Source: Clostridia bacterium (GTDB lineage Bacteria; Bacillota; Clostridia; Oscillospirales; CAG-272). From it: a stretch of DNA of 64,000 nt. The notes under the pieces were generated by a model. The model did no database searches. It was not told where the DNA came from and saw only the letters and a program-made list of their open reading frames with translations. Location of the stretch: positions 111,876-175,875 of the forward strand of contig JAFUNF010000011.1 of NCBI GenBank assembly GCA_017473085.1, read 5' to 3'. Shown here piece by piece: positions 57,171-64,000 of the stretch (positions are counted from its first letter, which is position 1; each line of letters begins with the position of its first letter). A program made the position numbers and the translations under genes.

Positions 57171-58562
57171 ATGAAAAAGAACGATCTTAAGGAATTAAAG
57201 GAAAAGCTTTTCTACAAAAAGGAAAACGTGTTTGACACACGCACAAAAAAGGAAGAAAAGCAAATTACTGATTATGCAAAGGGCTATATGCACTTTCTCG
57301 ATGTTGCTAAGACAGAAAGAGAGGCAGTTGTAGAGGGAGTTAAAATGCTCAAGGAAAACGGCTTTGAGGAGTATGTGCTTGGTGGCAAAATCGTTGCAGG
57401 TGGCAAGTACTACCTAAACAATCGTGGCAAGAGCCTATTTGCTTTTGTTGCAGGTACAGAAAACGTAGAGAATGGTATCAGAATTTGTGCTGCACACGTT
57501 GACTCTCCACGTCTTGACCTAAAGCAACACCCAATGTTTGAATCTGAGGGCTTTGCATATCTTAAGACCCACTACTATGGTGGTATCAGAAAATATCAAT
57601 GGGTTACAATTCCACTTGCACTTCACGGTGTAGTTACAACAGTAGACGGAGAAAGCGTTGAGGTTGTAATCGGCGAGGACGAGTGCGACCCAATCTTCTG
57701 CATTACCGACCTTTTGCCACACCTTGGCAGAGAGCAATCTCAAAAGCCACTTGGCACAGCCCACACAGGCGAGGGTCTTAACCTTCTTATCGGCTCTCAA
57801 CCACTTGAGGGTGCAACCGAGGACAAGGTTAAGTTCAATATGCTTAAAATTCTAAACGAGAAATATGGCATTACTGAAAGCGACTTTGTAAGTGCAGAGC
57901 TTACAGCAGTACCAGCAGGCAAGGCAAGAGAGCTTGGTCTTGACCGTTCAATGATTGGTGCTTATGGTCACGACGACAGAGTATGTGCATACCCATCGCT
58001 TACCGCCATTATTGAAAACAAGAATAGCGAGCACACGCTTATGTGTATTCTTGCAGATAAGGAGGAAATTGGCTCCGAGGGTGTAAGTGGTATGAAGTGC
58101 CGTCTTATCGTTGACTTAATCGAGGAAATCTCCAAGAATCTTGGTGGTAATCCTAACGTTGTAAGAGCAAACTCAATGTGTCTATCTGCTGACGTTAGTG
58201 CAGGCTACGACCCTAACTATCCAGAGGTATTTGAAAAGCGTAACAGTGCAATTATCAACTGTGGCGTAGTTATGAACAAGTACACAGGTGGTGGTGGAAA
58301 GAGCTCCACAAACGACGCGAGCGCAGAGTACGTTGGTCAAATCAGAAAAATTTTCAAGGATGCAGGTGTTGTATGGCAAACTGCTGAGCTTGGCAGAATT
58401 GATGCAGGCGGAGGCGGAACAGTTGCTATGTATATCGCTAACCAAAACATCAACACAGTTGACCTTGGTGTTGCAGTTCTTTCAATGCACGCACCAATGG
58501 AGGTTATCTCTAAGAACGACTTATACGAGGCTCATAAGGCACTTTCTGCATTCTGCAAATAA
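57171..58562 (+). CDS. M18-family aminopeptidase
   Basis: AAHVDSPRLDLK, DKEEIGS and SMHAP blocks typical of aspartyl/M18 aminopeptidases. Confidence 0.8.
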   Translation: MKKNDLKELKEKLFYKKENVFDTRTKKEEKQITDYAKGYMHFLDVAKTEREAVVEGVKMLKENGFEEYVLGGKIVAGGKYYLNNRGKSLFAFVAGTENVENGIRICAAHVDSPRLDLKQHPMFESEGFAYLKTHYYGGIRKYQWVTIPLALHGVVTTVDGESVEVVIGEDECDPIFCITDLLPHLGREQSQKPLGTAHTGEGLNLLIGSQPLEGATEDKVKFNMLKILNEKYGITESDFVSAELTAVPAGKARELGLDRSMIGAYGHDDRVCAYPSLTAIIENKNSEHTLMCILADKEEIGSEGVSGMKCRLIVDLIEEISKNLGGNPNVVRANSMCLSADVSAGYDPNYPEVFEKRNSAIINCGVVMNKYTGGGGKSSTNDASAEYVGQIRKIFKDAGVVWQTAELGRIDAGGGGTVAMYIANQNINTVDLGVAVLSMHAPMEVISKNDLYEAHKALSAFCK

Positions 58563-58576
58563 AAGAGGTTTAGAAA

Positions 58577-59539
58577 ATGGATATTATTAAGGAATTACAC
58601 GATTTTGGACTTGTTCCAGTTATAAAAATTACAGACGTTAAAAACGCGGTTCCACTTGCCGAGGCTCTTGCTAAGGGTGGTCTTAACTGTGCAGAAATTA
58701 CCTTCCGTACAGCTTGTGCTAAGGAGGCAATTGCAGAAATTACTAAGGCTATGCCTGATATGCTTGTAGGTGCAGGCACAGTTCTTACACCAGAGCAGGC
58801 TGACGAGGCAATCGAGGCAGGCGCTAAGTTTATAGTTAGCCCAGGCTTAAATCCAAGAGTAGTAAAGCACTGTATTGAAAAGGGTGTGCCAATTCTTCCA
58901 GGCTGTGCAACACCATCTGAGGTTGAAACTGCTATCGAGCTTGGCTTAAAGGCTGTTAAGTTCTTCCCAGCTGAGGCAGCGGGTGGACTTAATATGATTA
59001 AGTCAATGAGCGCACCTTATGGTCAAATCAAGTTTATGCCAACAGGTGGCATTAATGAAAACAATATGCTTGACTACCTTGCATTTGATAAGATAATTGC
59101 TTGTGGTGGTAGCTTTATGGTTAAGGACGCACTAATTGATGCAGGCAATTTTGAGGAAATTACTCGTCTTACCAAAAATGCAGTTATGAAAATGCTTGAC
59201 TTCAAGCTTGTTCACGTTGGTATCAACTGTGAAAATCAAGAAAAGGCAGTAAAGGGTGCTCAGCTACTTTCAACGCTCTTTGGTCTTGATTACAAGGTAG
59301 GCAATTCCTCTACCTTTGCAGGCACTGAATTTGAGCTTATGCACACAAAATATTTAGGAGCAAATGGTCATATTGCAATGGCTACAAACTTCCCTGACAG
59401 GGCAAAATCATACCTTGAAAAAATGGGTATTGAGTTCAATGAGGAAACAGCAAAGTACGACGCAAAGGGCAACTTGACTGTTATCTATCTAAAGGAAGAA
59501 ATCTGTGGCTTTGCAATCCATCTTGTAAAGAAGAAGTAA
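58577..59539 (+). CDS. eda: KDPG/KHG aldolase (Eda) fused to a C-terminal VOC/glyoxalase-like domain
   Basis: The first 210 aa or so carry Eda blocks ([22 protein letters not shown]). About 110 further aa ([15 protein letters not shown]...HIAMATN) look VOC-like. Confidence 0.75.
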   Translation: MDIIKELHDFGLVPVIKITDVKNAVPLAEALAKGGLNCAEITFRTACAKEAIAEITKAMPDMLVGAGTVLTPEQADEAIEAGAKFIVSPGLNPRVVKHCIEKGVPILPGCATPSEVETAIELGLKAVKFFPAEAAGGLNMIKSMSAPYGQIKFMPTGGINENNMLDYLAFDKIIACGGSFMVKDALIDAGNFEEITRLTKNAVMKMLDFKLVHVGINCENQEKAVKGAQLLSTLFGLDYKVGNSSTFAGTEFELMHTKYLGANGHIAMATNFPDRAKSYLEKMGIEFNEETAKYDAKGNLTVIYLKEEICGFAIHLVKKK

Positions 59540-59540
59540 T

Positions 59541-60608
59541 ATGTTCAATAGATTAAACGAAGCAGAAAAAAGATTTTTAGAAATTGAAGAGGCTCTTGCA
59601 AGTCCCGAGGTTGCATCAAACCAAAACGAGTTTACTAAGCTTATGAGGGAATACAAAAACCTGACTCCCATTATTGAAAAATACAGAGAGTACAAAAAGG
59701 TTACCTCCGATATGGAGGGCGCTAAGTCCTTAATGGAGGAGGAAAGCGGAGAGCTTTACGAAATTGCCGTTGAGGAATATAAGGAGTGTAAGGAAAGGCT
59801 TGTTGCTATTGAAGAGGAGCTAAAGATTCTTCTTATTCCTAAGGACCCCAACGATGATAAAAACGTAATTGTAGAAATTCGTGCAGGTGCAGGTGGCGAG
59901 GAGGCAGCCCTCTTTGCCTCTGTGCTTTACAGAATGTACTCAATGTACGCAGATTCAAACGGCTTTAAAACTGAGCTTACAGGAGTAAACGAAACAGGCT
60001 TAGGTGGCTTTAAAGAGGTTACCTTTATGATATCGGGAGAGGGTGCATTCTCTCGCTTTAAGTTTGAAAGTGGTGTTCATCGTGTTCAAAGAGTGCCTGA
60101 AACCGAAACTCAGGGTAGAATTCACACCTCAACTGCAACCGTTGCAGTTTTGCCAGAGGCAGAGGATGTTGAGGTTGAGCTTAATATGGGCGACGTTGTG
60201 GTTGAAACCTGTAAGAGTAGTGGTGCAGGTGGTCAGCACGTAAACAAGACCGAATCTGCAATTCGTCTTATCCATAAGCCCACAGGTATTGTGGTTGAAT
60301 GTCAGGACGAAAGAAGCCAATTTAAAAATAAGGACAAGGCGTTTAAAATTTTAAGAGCTAAGCTGTACGATATGAAACAGCAGGAGCAAAACGACAAAAT
60401 TGCGAGTGAAAGAAAAAGTCAGGTAGGTACAGGCGACAGAAGCGAAAGAATCAGAACCTATAACTACCCACAGGGCAGAGTAACTGACCATCGTATTGGC
60501 TTTACTATTTATTCACTTGACGCATTTTTAAATGGAGACATTGGCGAAATGCTTGACAAGTTAGCAACTGCCGATGCTGCTGAAAAGCTTAAAAACGGTA
60601 ACGCATAA
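59541..60608 (+). CDS. prfA: Peptide chain release factor 1
   Basis: PET-type tripeptide context ([17 protein letters not shown]) and [11 protein letters not shown]. Confidence 0.95.
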   Translation: MFNRLNEAEKRFLEIEEALASPEVASNQNEFTKLMREYKNLTPIIEKYREYKKVTSDMEGAKSLMEEESGELYEIAVEEYKECKERLVAIEEELKILLIPKDPNDDKNVIVEIRAGAGGEEAALFASVLYRMYSMYADSNGFKTELTGVNETGLGGFKEVTFMISGEGAFSRFKFESGVHRVQRVPETETQGRIHTSTATVAVLPEAEDVEVELNMGDVVVETCKSSGAGGQHVNKTESAIRLIHKPTGIVVECQDERSQFKNKDKAFKILRAKLYDMKQQEQNDKIASERKSQVGTGDRSERIRTYNYPQGRVTDHRIGFTIYSLDAFLNGDIGEMLDKLATADAAEKLKNGNA

Positions 60609-60622
60609 GGAAAAGGGACAAA

Positions 60623-61666
60623 ATGAGAACGGAGATTTTTAAGGTTGATGAAAATAGTATAGATATACTATCAAGAGCTTCCAAGCTTATAAGAGACGGA
60701 GCACTTGTGGCAATTCCCACAGAAACCGTCTATGGCTTAGGTGCAAATGCGCTTGACAAAAATGCTTGTCTTAGTGTTTTCTCAGCTAAGGGCAGACCAG
60801 CAGACAACCCCTTAATCGTCCACGTGGCAAAGCCCGAGGATGCTGAAAAAATCTCCTTTACCTGTCCCCTTTACTATGAATTAGCAAAACGCTTTATGCC
60901 AGGACCATTAACTGTAATTCTTCCAAAAAAGGATATAATCCCAAGGGAAGCAACAGGTGGTCTTGACACAGTTGCAATAAGGTGTCCCGCTCATCCCGTT
61001 GCTAAAAAATTAATTGAGCTTTCAGGTGTGCCAATCGCCGCCCCATCAGCTAATAGCTCAGGAAAGCCATCGCCAACCACAGCAAGCCATGTATTTGACG
61101 ATATGAATGGCAAGATTCCAATGATTTTAGATGGTGGCGAGTGTGATGTAGGCGTTGAGTCCACAGTTATAGCAATAAAGGACAATTCAATTGTACTGTT
61201 AAGACCAGGAAAGGTAACTCTTGAGGAGCTAAAAACAGTATGTGAGGACTCGCAAATTGCAGGTGCAGTTAAGGAGGAATTAAAGGCTGGAGAAAAGCCA
61301 CTTTCTCCAGGAATGAAATATAAGCATTACGCACCTAAGGCTGAGCTATATTTAATTGACGACAAATATATTAACTTTGTAGAATTTACAAGGGAAAAGC
61401 AAAAAAAGGAAAACTGTGCTGTGATGTGCTACGACGAGGAAATATCACAGCTTGAAAATAAAAATCTTTTGCCTGTTGGCAAAAGAGAGGACATAAAGAT
61501 GCAGACTCACAATCTGTTTATTCTTTTGCGTAGGGCAGACGACTTAGGTGTTGATACTGTCTATGCTCATCTTCCACAGGATGAGGGTGAGTCCTTGGCA
61601 ATCTATAACAGAATGATACGTGCATGCTCGCACCGTGTATTAGGAGGTATAAATGGCAAAGGCTAA
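60623..61666 (+). CDS. L-threonylcarbamoyladenylate synthase (Sua5/YwlC/TsaC type, long form)
   Basis: IPTETVYGLGANA, KGRPADNPLIVH and SANSSGKPSPT blocks followed by a Sua5 C-terminal domain. Confidence 0.9.
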   Translation: MRTEIFKVDENSIDILSRASKLIRDGALVAIPTETVYGLGANALDKNACLSVFSAKGRPADNPLIVHVAKPEDAEKISFTCPLYYELAKRFMPGPLTVILPKKDIIPREATGGLDTVAIRCPAHPVAKKLIELSGVPIAAPSANSSGKPSPTTASHVFDDMNGKIPMILDGGECDVGVESTVIAIKDNSIVLLRPGKVTLEELKTVCEDSQIAGAVKEELKAGEKPLSPGMKYKHYAPKAELYLIDDKYINFVEFTREKQKKENCAVMCYDEEISQLENKNLLPVGKREDIKMQTHNLFILLRRADDLGVDTVYAHLPQDEGESLAIYNRMIRACSHRVLGGINGKG

Positions 61667-63878
61667 GAAAAAGCAGGTAAAAAGGGACTACGTTGAATAT
61701 GTAGAAAGCGACCCAGTATTTCAACCTATAACAGAAACGATAGAAACAAACTATATGCCTTACGTAGTAAGCGTAATGCTATCAAGAGCAATTCCTGAAA
61801 TAGATGGCTTTAAGCCCTCCCACAGAAAATTGCTTTATACTATGTTTAAAATGGGTCTTATGCACGGACATAAGACAAAGAGTGCGAATATCGTAGGCGA
61901 AACCATGAAGCTAAACCCTCACGGAGACGCCGCAATTTACGAAACTATGGTGCGTCTTACAAGAGACCACGAGGCGCTACTTCACCCATTTATCGATTCA
62001 AAGGGTACCTTTGGTAAGCAATATAGTGACGGAATGGTATTTGCTGCATCAAGATATACAGGAGGAAAGCTTGACACCTTCTGTCAGGAGATTTTCTCAG
62101 GTATTGATAAAAATGCAGTAGATATGATTGACAATTACGATAGCACAACAAAGGAGCCAAGACTTCTACCAACAACCTTCCCGAATATTTTGGTTACACC
62201 AAATATGGGTATTGCAGTAGGTCTTGCATCTTCAATTTGCTCATTCAATCTTGCTGAGGTGTGTGATGCAACTATTGCTATTTTACGTTCTCCAAGATGC
62301 GATACAGAAAAGCTTATGGAAATTTTAAAGGCTCCTGACTTTTCTGTTGGTGCAAACGTAATATACGATAGGGAGCAAATAAAAAAGGTTTATGAAACAG
62401 GTAAGGGTCCTATTAAGCTTCGTGCTAAGTATGAGTATAACGAGGACGACAACTCCATTGAGGTGTTAGAAATCCCATATACAACAACAGTTGAAAAAAT
62501 ATCTAAGCAAATGGACGACCTACAAAAGGAGGGCAAGCTTAAGGAGGTTGTTGACCACCGTGACGAAATCGGTATTCACGGCTTTAGGTTTACAATTGAC
62601 TTGAAAAAGGGTACAGACCCTGAGGCACTAATGCAAAAGCTCTTTAAGTTTACGTCACTTGAGGATAATTATGCTTGTAACTTCAACGTAATTATAAATG
62701 GTGCACCAAGACAGCTTGGTGTTAAGGAAATCCTTGTTGAATGGATTAAGTTCAGGACTCAATGTATTACAAGAGAAAAGACCTTTGAATATAACAAAAA
62801 GAACGAAAAACTACACCTTCTCCTTGGCTTGAGCAGAATTTTGCTTGACATAGACAAGGCGATTAAGATAATCAGAGATACCGAAAAGGACGAAATGGTT
62901 GTGCCAAATCTTATGGAGGGCTTTGCAATTGATAAGGCTCAGGCAGACTATATTGCAGATATTAAGCTCCGTCATTTGAACAGAGAATATATTATGAATC
63001 GTCTTGCTGATATTGACACGCTACGCTCTGAGTTAGCTGAGCTGAAGGAGCTTTTAGAGGACGAGCTAAAGCTAAAGGCTTACATAATTAAACAGCTTAC
63101 AGAAATTAAAAAGAAATATGGTATTCCAAGAAAAACAGGCATTATACAAGCAACAGAGATTAAGAGCTTCGACAAGGAGGACCTTGTTGAGGACTATACG
63201 GCAAGACTGTTTTTCACAAAGGACGGCTATCTTAAGAAGATTACTCAGCAATCCCTTCGTGGAAACGCAGAGCAAAGACTTAAGGAGGGCGATAGCATTA
63301 TCTTTGAGGGAGATATAAGCAACAAGGACGAGGTTATTTTCTTTAGTGATAAATGTCAGCTATACTTTGCTAAAATGTCAGATTTTGAGCTTTCAAAGGC
63401 GTCAGACCTTGGCTTATATGTTCCTAAGCATCTAAACTTTGACCCTGAGGAAAAGGTTGCAAAAATGATTATCAACCCATCATATGCCCAGGGCAAAAAG
63501 ATACTCTTTGTCTTTGAAAATGGTAAGATTGCAAGAGTGCCAATGAGCCAATATCAGACACAGGGTAACAGAAAAAAGCTTAAAAACGCATATTCAAGTG
63601 CATCTCCAATTGTTGAAATTATTCCAGAGGAGAACGACGAATACTTTATGCTTATAAACTCTGAGAAGAAGGCAATACTTATAAGACCATCCTTTGTTGA
63701 TCCGAAAGCAACAAGAACGGCAAATGGCGCAGTAGCCTTTGCAATGAATTTAAAGAAAAAGCAAAAGGTTACTAAGGTTGTTGTTGATTATGCAGAGAAA
63801 TATCCAGAGGCTTATTCAACATATCGAAAAATAAAGGTTCCTGCAACAGGTGTGCTAATGCAAAAGGGACGCAAATAA
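61653..63878 (+). CDS. Type IIA DNA topoisomerase subunit A (ParC/GyrA paralogue)
   Basis: DGFKPSHRKLLY, HPHGD variant NPHGDAAIYETMVRL, and catalytic Tyr context AASRYTGGKL. No B subunit is adjacent within the window. Confidence 0.85.
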   Translation: MAKAKKKQVKRDYVEYVESDPVFQPITETIETNYMPYVVSVMLSRAIPEIDGFKPSHRKLLYTMFKMGLMHGHKTKSANIVGETMKLNPHGDAAIYETMVRLTRDHEALLHPFIDSKGTFGKQYSDGMVFAASRYTGGKLDTFCQEIFSGIDKNAVDMIDNYDSTTKEPRLLPTTFPNILVTPNMGIAVGLASSICSFNLAEVCDATIAILRSPRCDTEKLMEILKAPDFSVGANVIYDREQIKKVYETGKGPIKLRAKYEYNEDDNSIEVLEIPYTTTVEKISKQMDDLQKEGKLKEVVDHRDEIGIHGFRFTIDLKKGTDPEALMQKLFKFTSLEDNYACNFNVIINGAPRQLGVKEILVEWIKFRTQCITREKTFEYNKKNEKLHLLLGLSRILLDIDKAIKIIRDTEKDEMVVPNLMEGFAIDKAQADYIADIKLRHLNREYIMNRLADIDTLRSELAELKELLEDELKLKAYIIKQLTEIKKKYGIPRKTGIIQATEIKSFDKEDLVEDYTARLFFTKDGYLKKITQQSLRGNAEQRLKEGDSIIFEGDISNKDEVIFFSDKCQLYFAKMSDFELSKASDLGLYVPKHLNFDPEEKVAKMIINPSYAQGKKILFVFENGKIARVPMSQYQTQGNRKKLKNAYSSASPIVEIIPEENDEYFMLINSEKKAILIRPSFVDPKATRTANGAVAFAMNLKKKQKVTKVVVDYAEKYPEAYSTYRKIKVPATGVLMQKGRK

Positions 63879-63904
63879 TAAGGTATAATTAAGGAGGACA
63901 AAAT

Positions 63905-64000
63905 ATGTCAAAGAACGATAAAAACAATGCACCAAAGAGAAATATCGGTGTAATCGTTATGGTATGGGTGCTTGCTATTCTTATGGTAAGTGGTGGCGTA
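63905..64000 (+). CDS. Start of a membrane protein, truncated by the window end
   Basis: aaggagga RBS. MSKNDKNNAPKRNIGVIVMVWVLAILMVSGGV has a TM helix. Incomplete. Confidence 0.35.
   Translation, partial: MSKNDKNNAPKRNIGVIVMVWVLAILMVSGGV

Overview
The window looks like a chromosomal segment of a low-GC, spore-forming Firmicute of the Clostridia type. Supporting genes are cotJABC, cwlD, yaaT, clostridial 2x[4Fe-4S] ferredoxins and nfnAB-like genes. I count about 60 protein-coding genes, most of them housekeeping: malQ, fba, asnB, radA, tatD, metG, nagA, rsmI, holB, gap, trkAH, nadK, coaE, prfA, a Sua5/TsaC homologue and a type IIA topoisomerase A subunit. By eye I found no rRNA, tRNA or CRISPR array, but I could not run covariance models. 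The notable region is a visibly AT-richer accessory block at about 23.9-30.9 kb, between asnB and radA. It holds a small Hin/resolvase-type serine recombinase, followed by a co-directional RiPP-like operon. That operon encodes two different radical SAM/SPASM enzymes, four tandem Cys-ladder (C-X3-C)n precursor genes (two intact, two decayed), a Nif11-leader-like mini-ORF, an ABC-2 ATPase/permease pair and a tiny hydrophobic ORF. Between the recombinase and the operon sit two 24-bp hix-like inverted repeats. They bracket a consensus sigma-A promoter that currently points away from the operon. I interpret this as an invertible ON/OFF switch captured in the OFF state. Other observations include a paired-palindrome operator on a consensus promoter for an HMA-ABC-ABC-YgbA-DUF454 operon. 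There are also two tandem ferredoxin genes that fall below the ORF-track length cutoff. A periodic TGAAATG-plus-hairpin array lies upstream of a secreted lipoprotein protease. Finally, an XRE regulator is paired with an unknown coiled-coil membrane protein. All functional calls rest on motif recognition by eye; no searches were run.
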